Shown: positions 18,593-28,618 of the stretch, one piece after another
Numbering within the stretch: the first letter of the stretch is position 1
How the letters are laid out: the number at the start of each line of letters is the position of its first letter
Origin: an uncultured Armatimonadetes bacterium
Lineage (GTDB): Bacteria; Armatimonadota; UBA5829; DTJY01
Direction: 5' to 3'
NCBI GenBank assembly: GCA_963717145.1
Contig: OY970325.1
Coordinates: 4,128,001-4,192,000, forward strand
Length of the DNA: 64,000 nucleotides
Made by a program: the position numbers and the translations under genes
Notes under the pieces: generated by a model
Seen by the model: the letters and a program-made list of their open reading frames with translations, nothing else
Told to the model about the DNA's origin: nothing
Database searches by the model: none

Positions 18593-20180
18593 CAGCCTGT
18601 CCATGAAATAACCTCTGGCGCAAGGTGCCAGGTATGTAGTAAAATACGGGTATGAGCAAGCCATACCTTCCTTATCAACCTGACCAGATATTGCTGTTGC
18701 CGCCCTTGATGTCGGAGTGGCTGCCCGAGGGACATCTCGCATACTTTGTGAGCGATGTCGTAGACAGTCTCGACCTTTCCGCGATATACGCCTCATACGA
18801 GAAAGAGGCCCGAGGAGCGCCGCCGTTCCATCCGGCAATGCTTACAAAGATCATATTCTACGGTTTGTGCCGGGGAGTGTATTCATCTCGAAAGCTCTCC
18901 CTGGCCACGTATGAAGATGTAGCCTTCCGGGTGCTTGCGGCAGGAAATCATCCCGACTTCCGCACGATAAGCGAGTTCAGGAAGAGGCATCTCAAGTCCC
19001 TTGCGGACCTGTTTGTGCAAGTGCTCAGGCTATGCGCAAGCGCCGGGCTTGTGTCGATGAAACACATAGCCATAGACGGAACAAAGCTGCTTGCCAACGC
19101 AAGCAAGCACTCCGCCATGAGCTACTCTCGGATGGTCGAGAAAGAAAAAGAGCTTCAGGCTGAGATCGAGGCGCTCCTTGCGAAGGGTCTTTCTGTGGAC
19201 GACCAGGAAGACGCGGAATATGGTCTTGACCGCCGAGGAGACGAACTCCCGGAGGAACTCGCAACCAGAGAGAAGCGGCTCGCCAAGATCAGGGAAGCAA
19301 AAGAAGCGCTGGAGCGCGAGGCCAAAGAGCGAGCATCAGCCGAAGAAGCGATGCGAGCCCAAGAGAAGGCGGAGCAGGAAGCATCCGGGAAGAAGCCTCG
19401 CGGCAGAGAGCCGGGGCCCGTAAAGACAGAGCCGGAAGGGAAGGCACAGCGGAACTTCACAGACCCGGAAAGCCGGATAATGAAGGACGCAAAGAAAGCC
19501 TTCGTGCAGGCATACAACGGACAAGCTGCGGTAGACGCAGATCATCAGATTGTAGTGGCGTGTGATCTCACGAACCAGGCAGCGGACTCACCGCATCTTA
19601 GTGACATGATCGAGGCAATCAAGGAGAACACCGGAAAGAAACCGGAAGAACTATCCGCCGATGCCGGATACTTCAGCAGCGACAACATAGAGATGGTCGA
19701 GCAGCAAGGGATCGACGCTTATATACCGCCTGACAGACAACGTCATGGCAAAGAGCCGACGGCGCCTTCCTGCCTTGATCCGGCAAAGCAATCCGCCGCA
19801 GATCGCCAGAGAGCAAAGCTCTTGACTCCTCTTGGCCGAAAGATCTACGGGAGGCGGAAGGAGACGGTAGAGCCGGTGTTCGGCCAGATCAAGAGCGCAC
19901 GGAACTTCCGAGGCTTCCTACTCCGAGGCCTTGCGAAAGCGAAGTCGGAGTGGACGCTTGCGTGTCTTGGGCACAACATGCTGAAGCTATACCGATACGG
20001 CGACCGGAAATCGATCTTCGATACGTAGATATATGACCTGGATCAGGCTGATTATCAAGGTACAAGGGGTCTTTACAGACCCTCGCCGGAAATCCGGCGA
20101 AAAACACTATCGAACAGCAGCCAGCGCGACCCCGCAGATGGGAAACTCACCCACATAGCGGGGAATTCTCAGACAGGCTG
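18593..20180 (+). mobile_element. IS1182-family insertion sequence, copy 1 (1588 bp), TSD CTAG
   Basis: TIR CAGCCTGTC/GACAGGCTG; CTAG at 18589-18592 and 20181-20184; same element at 58462-60049. Confidence 0.95.
18652..20028 (+). CDS. IS1182-family transposase
   Basis: LPEGHLAYFV, YSSRKL, PDFRTISEFR, AIDGTK..ANAS, ADAGY, VEPVFGQIK. Confidence 0.95.
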   Translation: MSKPYLPYQPDQILLLPPLMSEWLPEGHLAYFVSDVVDSLDLSAIYASYEKEARGAPPFHPAMLTKIIFYGLCRGVYSSRKLSLATYEDVAFRVLAAGNHPDFRTISEFRKRHLKSLADLFVQVLRLCASAGLVSMKHIAIDGTKLLANASKHSAMSYSRMVEKEKELQAEIEALLAKGLSVDDQEDAEYGLDRRGDELPEELATREKRLAKIREAKEALEREAKERASAEEAMRAQEKAEQEASGKKPRGREPGPVKTEPEGKAQRNFTDPESRIMKDAKKAFVQAYNGQAAVDADHQIVVACDLTNQAADSPHLSDMIEAIKENTGKKPEELSADAGYFSSDNIEMVEQQGIDAYIPPDRQRHGKEPTAPSCLDPAKQSAADRQRAKLLTPLGRKIYGRRKETVEPVFGQIKSARNFRGFLLRGLAKAKSEWTLACLGHNMLKLYRYGDRKSIFDT

Positions 20181-20452
20181 CTAGGATCGTGGATATGTTC
20201 GCCCGCCGCCTGCAGATCCAGGAGCGGATGACCGAGCAGATCGCCCGCACACTCATGGAGAGCCTCAAACCGGAGGGAGTCGGCGTCATCGTGGAAGCGC
20301 AGCATCTGTGCATGATGATGCGCGGGGTCGAGAAGCAGAACTCGCTGATGACGACCTCGACGATCCTCGGGAGCTTCCATCAGTCGGTCGCCACCCGGAC
20401 CGAGTTCCTCACGCTGATCGGACGCCATCGGTTCTGATACGGAGTGCGGAGA

Positions 20453-20542
20453 CCCTCACCCCCGACCCCTCTCCCTCGGAAGGGCGAGGGGAGTTGGCGT
20501 CCCCCCCTCGCCCTTCTGAGGGAGAGGGGTCGGGGGTGAGGG
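20453..20542. repeat. CCCTCACCCC-family double palindrome
   Basis: ccctcacccccgacccctctccctc...gagggagaggggtcgggggtgaggg. Confidence 0.85.
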
Positions 20543-20601
20543 TCTTCCGGCATTTTGTGTTGCATTCCCCGTCCTCTCCGCATATACTGATCCCATCAGA
20601 C

Positions 20602-21237
20602 ATGTTCACACGCAAGCGACTCCGAATCAAGATGATGATCCTGCTGGCCGCTCTCATTCTCGGCGCGCCGATCACCGCCAGGCTGGCGATGCACTCGGCG
20701 GCGCGCGGGCGCGTCTACTCCGATGCCGGCCGGGTCCCCAAGTGCAGGGTCGCCCTGGTACTCGGCGCGGGAGTCCACCCGGATGGCACGCTCTCCACAC
20801 TCCTTCAGGACCGGGTGGACGCCGGGATCGCGCTCTATGAGGCCGGGAAGATCGAGAAGTTGCTGATGTCCGGCGACAACAGCGTCGTCCACTATAACGA
20901 GCCTCAGCGGATGATGGAGTACGCAGTGAGTCAGGGAGTGCCGCAGGAGGATGTGGGGATGGATTTCGCGGGCCGGCGGACCTACGACTCGGTCTACCGC
21001 GCCAAGCATATCTTCGGCCTCGAGGAGATCATCATAGTGAGCCAGCGGTTCCATCTCGACCGAGCGGTTTTCCTCTGCGACAGACTCGGTGTCGCGGGAT
21101 GTGGTTTCGCCGCCGACAAGCCGCATCACGACAACCCGAAGGCGGCGGTTCGTGAGGTCCCGGCATGTCTGAGCGCACTCGCCGATGTCTACATCCTCAA
21201 TCCGACCCCGATCCTCGGCAGGAGAGAGAAGATATAA
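20602..21237 (+). CDS. SanA/ElyC (DUF218) family protein
   Basis: ALVLGAGV, LLMSGDN..YNEP, DFAGRRTYDS, SQRFHLDRA. Confidence 0.92.
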   Translation: MFTRKRLRIKMMILLAALILGAPITARLAMHSAARGRVYSDAGRVPKCRVALVLGAGVHPDGTLSTLLQDRVDAGIALYEAGKIEKLLMSGDNSVVHYNEPQRMMEYAVSQGVPQEDVGMDFAGRRTYDSVYRAKHIFGLEEIIIVSQRFHLDRAVFLCDRLGVAGCGFAADKPHHDNPKAAVREVPACLSALADVYILNPTPILGRREKI

Positions 21238-21309
21238 CCGTAGTGGCCGTGCCTCCGTGCCGGCCTGGAACCCCGAATGGCCGGCACGGAGGCACGGGCC
21301 ACTACGGTT
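21236..21309. repeat. REP-like palindrome GTAGTGGCCGTGCCTCCGTGCCGGCC family
   Basis: Near-perfect inverted repeat; copies at 4424-4494 and 39751-39815. Confidence 0.88.
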
Positions 21310-21429
21310 CGAGTACGAGTACGATCGACCCCCACATCCCTACCGATAGTGCCGCAGGATCAGGAAGATGAGGACGCCCCAGATCAGCAGGGTGAAGATG
21401 ATTGTCCGAATCGTTCTCCAACTCATATA

Positions 21430-22134
21430 TCACCCCGGGGACGCCTTGTAGACTAGATACAGACCAGCGATCAGCACGAGGACTCCGCATATCTTCTTGA
21501 AGATATCGGCGCCCTTCGAGCCCTCATTCCAATCCAGGTAGCGTTGGACGAGTTCCGTCGAAGTGCCCGCCGCCGTGATCACCGAGCAATGCCCAAGCCC
21601 ATACACCAGGAGCAGCAGGACCGCATAGGCCGGGTTCGTCGGGGCCACCCGGAACGTGACCGCGAGGATCGGGCCCATGAATGCAAATGTGCACGGTCCG
21701 AGGGCGATCCCGAACACCAGGCCGAGGATGAACGCCGCCAGAAACCCCTTGCGCTTCATCCCGATCCGACCCGGCCCGGACCAGGGCATCGGGATCACGC
21801 CGAGCAGGTGCAGGCCGACGAGGAAGAAGACGCCGGCGACGAGATAGTTGCCCCACGGGCCGACATCCCCCATCATCCGGCCCGCCTGAGCGGTTATTGC
21901 GCCGATCAGCCCGATCGTGACCAGGATTCCGGCGGCAAACAGGGAGGCGATGCCGAACGCCCGGCGGGTAGTGAGCTTCCCCTGGTCGCTGATGAATCCC
22001 ACGATCAGCGGAATGCTCGACAGGTGACACGGGCTCAGAACGATGCTCAAGATGCCCCACAAGAAGGCGGCCCCCAGCGCGATGGCCGGTGTGCCCTCGA
22101 CTGCATGGCCGAATGCGGTGAACAGCCTCTCCAT
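21430..22134 (-). CDS. ccdA: CcdA/DsbD-type transmembrane thiol-disulfide transporter
   Basis: SIVLSPCHL and GIALGPCT conserved PC motifs, ~6 TM. Confidence 0.9.
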   Translation of the reverse strand: MERLFTAFGHAVEGTPAIALGAAFLWGILSIVLSPCHLSSIPLIVGFISDQGKLTTRRAFGIASLFAAGILVTIGLIGAITAQAGRMMGDVGPWGNYLVAGVFFLVGLHLLGVIPMPWSGPGRIGMKRKGFLAAFILGLVFGIALGPCTFAFMGPILAVTFRVAPTNPAYAVLLLLVYGLGHCSVITAAGTSTELVQRYLDWNEGSKGADIFKKICGVLVLIAGLYLVYKASPG

Positions 22135-22135
22135 G

Positions 22136-23038
22136 TCACTTCACTATCTTGACGATCCCCGCCTCGATCGACGCCTTGTCCCAGCCGCCCACGTGCCGCA
22201 GAACCTCCTTGCCGCCCTTGTCATAGAAGACCAGCAGGGGAATGGCCTGCGCCCCATAATGGACGCCGAGGACCGGTGTCTTGTCCAGGTCGATGTCGAG
22301 TACCGCGACCTTGCCTGCATACTTCGTGGCGAGCGCCTTGATGATCGGCGCCATCGTCAGGCATGGCATGCAGTTGACCGAGCCGAACTTCGCCACACTC
22401 GGTTTGCCCGAACGGCGCGCCTTCTCGATCGGGTTCTTGACCCATTGCGCGTACTGCTGCTTCGCCCAGGCGTCGGATATCCGGATCGAATGCCGGCTGC
22501 CGAAAGTCGCTACGTGGCTGCTGATGGCCGCGTTTGCCTTCTCCTCGCGGAGATAGTTCTTGATGGCAGTCTGGACCTGCTCATACTTGGCGCCGCCGAA
22601 CATCGTGACGTTCGCGTCGAAGAACGCATGCGCGTCCGCGTCGCTTACATCAGCCCCTGAGAGGATGATGGCATCCACGTACTGCTGCACGAGTTGGTCC
22701 TCAGTTCCCTTGACACCGCTCTTAGCCGCCCAGTCCTTGGCCTCTTTGGTGACGAGTTTTCCGACAGCGATGTCCTCCAGAAGGACGAAGCCATACCGGG
22801 CAAACTCTTCCTTGGAGGGCGATTTCATCTCGGCCAGTCGGTCGGCCAGGTCCTTCGCGGTGATCTTCACCCCATCTGTCTCCAGGAGCGCTCCGGCGAC
22901 AGCGCCTGGGACGGCCTGACGCAGGTCGCCGGATGAGAGGCCGGGGTACTTCGATTCGATCGTGACCGTATTCGCGCCACGGACTGCTCCGAGTGCGGTG
23001 GCGAGAATGAATATGATCAACGGCAGGCGTGAAATCAT
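22136..23038 (-). CDS. Exported thioredoxin with SurA-like helical N-terminal domain
   Basis: Signal peptide; C-terminal FGSVNCMPC...AIP Trx fold. Confidence 0.8.
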   Translation of the reverse strand: MISRLPLIIFILATALGAVRGANTVTIESKYPGLSSGDLRQAVPGAVAGALLETDGVKITAKDLADRLAEMKSPSKEEFARYGFVLLEDIAVGKLVTKEAKDWAAKSGVKGTEDQLVQQYVDAIILSGADVSDADAHAFFDANVTMFGGAKYEQVQTAIKNYLREEKANAAISSHVATFGSRHSIRISDAWAKQQYAQWVKNPIEKARRSGKPSVAKFGSVNCMPCLTMAPIIKALATKYAGKVAVLDIDLDKTPVLGVHYGAQAIPLLVFYDKGGKEVLRHVGGWDKASIEAGIVKIVK

Positions 23039-23052
23039 GGTGCGTACTTCTC

Positions 23053-23607
23053 CTATAACTCGATGCCTTGTTTCTTGAAGGCGGCGACAATGTCTTCTTT
23101 CGCATAGAACCCGAAATGCCGGGCGAACTCCTTGCCGTCGGTTCCGTACAGGATCTGGGTGGGAATGGTGGAGATCCGATAGCGCTTCCCGGCGCCCGGA
23201 TCCTTATCCAGGCTGATCACCACGACCTCCAGCTTGCCCTTGTACTCGGCGCGCAGTTCATCCAGAATCGGCGCCATCAACTTGCAGGGGATGCAGTTGT
23301 CGCCACCGACATCCACGATCCGAGGCAGGCGTTTCGGCTTGGGTGCGACCTTCTCAGGCTGCGTGGCGGGCTCCTCGGTCTTGACCGATGCCTTTTCGGG
23401 CTCGGCTTTTGGGGTGGCCACAGCGGGCTTGGTCTCAGGGCGCACCGGCTCGGCCGGTTCGGGCTTCTCCGCGGGCGATGAGGCCGGCGCATCCTGCACC
23501 ACGGCATTATCAGCCGGGGGCTTATCACCGTCACCCCTAAGGCTGAAAGCCGTGATGACCGCGGCCGCCAGCAGGACTACTATGATCAGCTTCCACATCT
23601 TGGCCAT
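23053..23607 (-). CDS. Exported/anchored thioredoxin family protein
   Basis: N-terminal hydrophobic segment, Pro/Ala linker, DVGGDNCIPC...TIPTQ. Confidence 0.88.
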   Translation of the reverse strand: MAKMWKLIIVVLLAAAVITAFSLRGDGDKPPADNAVVQDAPASSPAEKPEPAEPVRPETKPAVATPKAEPEKASVKTEEPATQPEKVAPKPKRLPRIVDVGGDNCIPCKLMAPILDELRAEYKGKLEVVVISLDKDPGAGKRYRISTIPTQILYGTDGKEFARHFGFYAKEDIVAAFKKQGIEL

Positions 23608-23714
23608 ATCTGTTTCCTTCCCTCGCTACTTCGTCTCAGGCCCGACGACGGGGGGCGTCGGGGGATCACGTGTGATGCTGTTGGGATACCCTGACGACTC
23701 CCATCGTCGGGGCG

Positions 23715-23945
23715 CTACTTGACGAGATCGGCGATCTCCTTCGGGCTGAGCAGCTTGCCCGTGGACTTGATCTCGCCGTCCACCATCAGCGCCGGAGTCG
23801 AGAGCACCCCGGCCTTCATGATCTCCATCAGGTCGGTCACCTTCTCGACCTCGGCGTCGATGCCGTACTCCTTGACGGCCCGTTCGACGTTCTCGGTGAG
23901 CGCTTTACATTTCTGGCAGCCGGCCCCGAGAATGCGGATTTTCAT
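23715..23945 (-). CDS. Small redox-active disulfide protein (MTH895/Thioredoxin_3 family)
   Basis: MKIRILGAGCQKC...GVLSTPALMVDG. Confidence 0.92.
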   Translation of the reverse strand: MKIRILGAGCQKCKALTENVERAVKEYGIDAEVEKVTDLMEIMKAGVLSTPALMVDGEIKSTGKLLSPKEIADLVK

Positions 23946-24132
23946 TATACCATTCCTTTCAGCGCAGGAGTGCCACTGATTTGACGCGAAAAGCGGATGA
24001 AATTGGCACAGCCACGAATCACTTATGTTAGGGGCGAAGCATTGGCCTATCGGATATCCAACTGCCCCGGGCCGATACGCCAATGCTTCGCCCGCCGTCG
24101 AGTACGATTACGAGTACGAGTAGGAGTACGAA

Positions 24133-25203
24133 CTAGAGCAACAGGTTGAACAGATACCCCACCAGCAGTATACCCACCGCTACCACACCAACGAACACGG
24201 CAATCAGTCGTGGCTTCAGCACTCGCCGCAGGATGATCGTCTCCGGGAGCGAGAGCCCGATGACCGACATCATGAACGCGAGCGATGTCCCGAGCGCCGC
24301 GCCCTTCTCCATCAGCGCCTGCACGACCGGCACGATCCCCGCCGCGTTCGAGTACATCGGGACACCGATGAGCACCGCCGCCGGGACGCTCCACCATACT
24401 CCTTTGCCCATGAATGAGGCGAGCATCCCCTCAGGCACGTAGCCGTGGATCCCCGCGCCGACCGCGATCCCTGCGACGACATACGGCCACACCTTGCCGA
24501 CGATCTCCCGCACGGCATCGAGCCCGTACCGGACCCGGCCGTCCCAGGTCAGGCTCGCTCCCTCCGACGCTTGCGCCATCTTCACGTCGAATACCCAATC
24601 CTCGATGAACCGCTCCATCCTCAGCCGGCCGATGACCCATCCGGCGACGATGGCGACCAGCAGCCCGGTGCCGACGTATAGAGCCGTGACCTTCCAGCCG
24701 AACATGCCGTAGAGCAGGACGATGGCGATCTCGTTTATCATCGGCGCGGCGATCAGGAACGAGAACGTCACACCGAGTGGCACACCGGCCTCGACGAACC
24801 CGATAAACAGCGGGCATGCCGAACACGAGCAGAACGGCGTCACGATGCCCAGACACGCGGCCATGATGTTGCCGACGAACTCCTTCTTCCCCGCCAGAAT
24901 GCCTCGGGTCCGCTCCGGGGTGAAGAACGATCTGAGCATCCCGATGCCGAAGACGACGAGCAGAAGGAGCATCAGGACCTTCGGCACGTCATATAAGAAG
25001 AACGCCACGCTGCTGCCGAGCCGGCTCTCGAGCGACAGGCCGAGCCACTTCGACGTGATGAAGTTGGCGGCGGGCTTGAGCCATCGGTACACCAGCACCC
25101 ACAGCACGAGTCCGACCGCCAGCATCACATACAGGCGGCCACCGGCTCCGGGCTTGTCCGGAGCAGTAGCGCTCTCACAGCAGCATTTGTCGTTGTTAGT
25201 CAT
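24133..25203 (-). CDS. arsP: ArsP-like permease (DUF318)
   Basis: TPFCSCSACPLF, GVPMYSN, GLSLPE. Confidence 0.9.
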   Translation of the reverse strand: MTNNDKCCCESATAPDKPGAGGRLYVMLAVGLVLWVLVYRWLKPAANFITSKWLGLSLESRLGSSVAFFLYDVPKVLMLLLLVVFGIGMLRSFFTPERTRGILAGKKEFVGNIMAACLGIVTPFCSCSACPLFIGFVEAGVPLGVTFSFLIAAPMINEIAIVLLYGMFGWKVTALYVGTGLLVAIVAGWVIGRLRMERFIEDWVFDVKMAQASEGASLTWDGRVRYGLDAVREIVGKVWPYVVAGIAVGAGIHGYVPEGMLASFMGKGVWWSVPAAVLIGVPMYSNAAGIVPVVQALMEKGAALGTSLAFMMSVIGLSLPETIILRRVLKPRLIAVFVGVVAVGILLVGYLFNLLL

Positions 25204-25248
25204 CGTGTAGAACTCATAATACCCATGGACCCATGGGGGCTATCGCCT

Positions 25249-26103
25249 TCAGCAACCTCCCCTGGGCTTGGTTGCGCGAACGAACGCACTGATGATCGAG
25301 CCGACCAGTGTGGCGACCCCCTCTGTCCCAAGCTCCCGGATCACGTCCTCGGGCACGATGCCATTGGCGTCCTCAGTGGAATAGGTCCGAGCGATCTCGA
25401 CAGACGGATAGGCAAACCCTGCGTCGAGGAGCTTGGCCTTGTAGTCATCGACATGAAGCGCGCCGGCGACGCATCCCGCCCAGAGCGCGAGATGTCTCTC
25501 CAATTCGGCGGAGAGCGGCCGTGTCAGCACGATATCGGCAACGGCGAACCGACCGCCCGGCTTGAGCACCCGGAACGCCTCCCGGAGCACCTGGTCCTTG
25601 TCGGTCGAGAGGTTGATCACGCAGTTACTGATGATCACATCCACCGAGCAGTCCGGGAGCGGGATGCTCTCGATCTCGCCTCTGAGGAACTCGACGTTCT
25701 CGACGCCGGCTTCCTTCTGGTTCTGACGTGCGAGCGCGAGCATCTCGTCGGTCATATCGAGGCCGTATGCCTTGCCGGTCGGTCCGACGCGCCGGGCCGA
25801 GAGCAGGACATCGATCCCGCCGCCGCTTCCGAGATCGAGCACGACCTCGCCCGGCTTCAATTCCGCGAGGGCGAGCGGATTCGCGCATCCCATCGAGGCG
25901 AGCAACGCCTCGACCGGGATGCCCTGGGTCTCGGCCTCGGTGTAGAGGTCGCGGGTGATCGCATCCTTGCACGGGGCACCGCCGCAACAACTGGTTTCCT
26001 TATGCTCGCCCGCGTTCACCGCGACCTGGCCGTACTTCTCCTTCACGTAATCCTTGATGGTGTTCCCACCACCCGACGAACCGCAGCAACATTTCTCTGA
26101 CAT
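25249..26103 (-). CDS. arsM: Arsenite S-adenosylmethionine methyltransferase
   Basis: [39 protein letters not shown]. Confidence 0.95.
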   Translation of the reverse strand: MSEKCCCGSSGGGNTIKDYVKEKYGQVAVNAGEHKETSCCGGAPCKDAITRDLYTEAETQGIPVEALLASMGCANPLALAELKPGEVVLDLGSGGGIDVLLSARRVGPTGKAYGLDMTDEMLALARQNQKEAGVENVEFLRGEIESIPLPDCSVDVIISNCVINLSTDKDQVLREAFRVLKPGGRFAVADIVLTRPLSAELERHLALWAGCVAGALHVDDYKAKLLDAGFAYPSVEIARTYSTEDANGIVPEDVIRELGTEGVATLVGSIISAFVRATKPRGGC

Positions 26104-26206
26104 TGTTGTCCTCCTTATGTGACCACTTCGCTAATCAAGCACCGTCTAGTCCTGAGTATGCCGGTGAATGACGGCATACTCAGGACTAGGCGGGTGTCCC
26201 TGCTCA

Positions 26207-26527
26207 TCACAGCTTGCATGCCGCCATCTTGTGTTCTGCATCCGCGCGGATGACCGCATCTATGCACCCGAGGAAATCGAGGATGCATGGGCAGCAGAGT
26301 CGGTAGTAAACCTGCAAGCCCTCTTTGCGGTCGGACACGATACCGGCATTCCTCAGCACCGCAAGATGTTTCGATACCGTGGACATATCCGATCCGACGA
26401 GCGCCTGCAGTTCGCAGACGCACAGCTCCCCGTCCGCGAGCGCCTCGACCATCGCGAGACGGCTTGGGTGCGACATCGCCTTTATCACCTGGGCCTTGGC
26501 CCTGTAATGTCCCTCGTCGTATGTCAT
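26207..26527 (-). CDS. arsR: ArsR/SmtB family repressor
   Basis: [27 protein letters not shown]. Confidence 0.92.
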   Translation of the reverse strand: MTYDEGHYRAKAQVIKAMSHPSRLAMVEALADGELCVCELQALVGSDMSTVSKHLAVLRNAGIVSDRKEGLQVYYRLCCPCILDFLGCIDAVIRADAEHKMAACKL

Positions 26528-27588
26528 CCCGCGGCCTCACAGATCGGCTCGAACCATCTCTTGCGGAACGCGAACGCCACGTTCACCAGGCCGATCATCA
26601 CCGGCACCTCGACGAGCGGGCCGATCACCGCCGCAAACGCCGCGCCCGAGTTGATGCCGAATACGGCGACCGCCACCGCAATCGCCAGCTCGAAGTTGTT
26701 GCTGGCGGCGGTGAACGAGAGGGTAGTCGTCTTGCCGTAATCAGCACCGACCTTCCGTCCCATGTAGAACGACACCAGGAACATGAGCACGAAGTAGATC
26801 AGCAGCGGGACGGCGATCCTGAGCACGTCGAACGGCTGACCGATGATCTTCTCGCCCTGGATGCTGAACATGACGATGATCGTGAACAGCAGCGCCACGA
26901 GCGTGATCGGGCTCACCCTCGGAACGAATTCGCGCTCGTACCACTCACGGCCTTTGAGTCGCAGGAGGATGAACCGCGTGAACATTCCGCCCAGGAACGG
27001 CACTCCCAGGTAGACGAAGACGCTCTTCGCGATCTGCCCGATGCTGACGTGGACTGCGATCCCTTTGAGGCCGAAGAGCGGCGGGAGCACCGTGATGAAA
27101 ACGTAGGCGAACACCGAGTAGAAGAGCACCTGGAAGATCGAGTTGAAGGCGACGAGCCCGGCGGCATACTCACGGTCGCCGTCCGCGAGGTCGTTCCAGA
27201 CGATCACCATCGCGATGCACCGCGCGAGGCCGATCATGATCAGGCCGACCATATACTCCGGGTAGCCGCGCAGGAAGACGATCGCCAGGAGGAACATGAG
27301 GATCGGACCGATCACCCAGTTCTGCACCAGGGAGAGCGCCAAGATCCTGAAGTCGCGAAATGCCTCGCCGAGCCGCTCATACTTCACCTTGGCGAACGGC
27401 GGATACATCATCAGAATAAGCCCGATCGCGATCGGGATGTTCGTCGTCCCGACCTGGAACCGGTTGATGAACGGGACCACCCCGCTTACCAGGTAGCCGA
27501 GCGAGACTCCGACCGCCATCGCCGCGAAAATCCACACCGTCAGATAGCGGTCGAGACATGATAGCTTCTTGCCGATACCATCGGCCAT
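26524..27588 (-). CDS. acr3: Acr3 family arsenite efflux transporter
   Basis: [40 protein letters not shown]. Confidence 0.96.
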   Translation of the reverse strand: MADGIGKKLSCLDRYLTVWIFAAMAVGVSLGYLVSGVVPFINRFQVGTTNIPIAIGLILMMYPPFAKVKYERLGEAFRDFRILALSLVQNWVIGPILMFLLAIVFLRGYPEYMVGLIMIGLARCIAMVIVWNDLADGDREYAAGLVAFNSIFQVLFYSVFAYVFITVLPPLFGLKGIAVHVSIGQIAKSVFVYLGVPFLGGMFTRFILLRLKGREWYEREFVPRVSPITLVALLFTIIVMFSIQGEKIIGQPFDVLRIAVPLLIYFVLMFLVSFYMGRKVGADYGKTTTLSFTAASNNFELAIAVAVAVFGINSGAAFAAVIGPLVEVPVMIGLVNVAFAFRKRWFEPICEAAG

Positions 27589-27736
27589 TCGCGAACCTCC
27601 TCTGTAGGGAACGGCCGCTGTCCCGTTCCGCCTCACGTAGGGAACGGTCGCCGCCCTGTTCCGCCTCGACGACGGGAGTCGTCAAGGCATCGTGGCGTGA
27701 TCCCCTGACGACTCCCGTCGTCGGGGCGCACCGTAC

Positions 27737-27773
27737 TATTTGGCATTATAGCCAAATAGCCAAATGGTGTCAA
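27737..27773 (-). promoter_or_regulatory. Consensus sigma70 promoter with overlapping palindromic (ArsR-type) operator
   Basis: TTGACA(27773-27768)-17 nt-TATAAT(27750-27745); TATTTGGC-N6-GCCAAATA centred on the -10. Confidence 0.85.
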
Positions 27774-27871
27774 GGGGTCGTGTAGGAGGGATTCTGCGGG
27801 ATGGTTTGTGCCCGCTAGTTCCGAATGAGGGGAGGTCGGGATTACCGGGCACAAACCATCCCGCATAATCC

Positions 27872-28618
27872 CTACAGCTCGGTCTTCTCTTTGGCGGCCC
27901 GCATGGCTTCTCTCTTCGCCTTGATCTCCGCCATCAAGTCGTGCATGCGGTCGAGTGCCGCTGCCTCTCCCTCGTTGCGCGGCGCGTACCACGGATGACG
28001 GACCCTCATGGTGAGGGATGAGCAGATCGGCTCGTCGGGGAATGCGCCGGGGTCGAACAACTCATAGTCGCGGAACCGTGTCGGCTGCTCCTGGTAGCAG
28101 GACCAGACGGCATCGCGCACCAGCATGGGATCGCCTTCGTCCAGCAGATCGATGATCCTGATCTGCCGTCGAAAGCGCTCGATGGCATCAATGGGGATGT
28201 TGTACAGATACGGTGTAAGAGCCTCCGAACCAATGATCCTCCGGTCGTCACCCACGCCGTTGAGAAGCAACGCATTCAGGGTTTGTCCGACGAGATGCCC
28301 CGGCGATTCAGGGCCGCAGATCACGAGGTAGCGGATGTTGGGATTGGCCACGATGTTGCAGATCACCTTCTCGATGCCGATATTCTCCGTCTGGAGCGTA
28401 CCGGCGAGCGCCGCGCCTGTCTCTATCCCAATTCGCACCAACTGCTCGATGCCGGGTGGTATGGCGTCGTCGGGCCACTTGAGGACCGCACACACGGCCA
28501 CAGGGGACAGGTCATTCCCGCGCAGGTAGCGCCCCTCTTCGGGTGGATACTCGGCGGGCGGCGTCACCTTGAAACCAGGGTTAGGCTTCCAGACCCGGGC
28601 GTCATCGTCATCCCGCAT
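27872..28618 (-). CDS. MtrA-like corrinoid-binding protein (tetrahydromethanopterin S-methyltransferase subunit A family), soluble
   Basis: SPVAV, GAALAGTLQTENIGIEKVICNIVANPNIRYLVICGPESPGHLVGQ, IIG...PYLYNIP..AIERFRRQ, DPGAF, collinear with recalled archaeal MtrA including the cobalt-ligand His. Confidence 0.9.
   Translation of the reverse strand: MRDDDDARVWKPNPGFKVTPPAEYPPEEGRYLRGNDLSPVAVCAVLKWPDDAIPPGIEQLVRIGIETGAALAGTLQTENIGIEKVICNIVANPNIRYLVICGPESPGHLVGQTLNALLLNGVGDDRRIIGSEALTPYLYNIPIDAIERFRRQIRIIDLLDEGDPMLVRDAVWSCYQEQPTRFRDYELFDPGAFPDEPICSSLTMRVRHPWYAPRNEGEAAALDRMHDLMAEIKAKREAMRAAKEKTEL

Larger units (their letters stand above)
18276..20437 (+). pseudogene. folE: GTP cyclohydrolase I interrupted by IS1182-family element
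   Basis: 5' part [26 protein letters not shown]; 3' part [24 protein letters not shown]; removing 18593-20184 restores KLARIVD. Confidence 0.95.

Noticed and set aside
27872-28618. hgcA or evidence of methanogenesis/archaeal origin
   Set aside because: No N(V/I)WCA cap-helix motif or TM domain of HgcA; no other mtr/mcr genes and all flanking genes are bacterial-type
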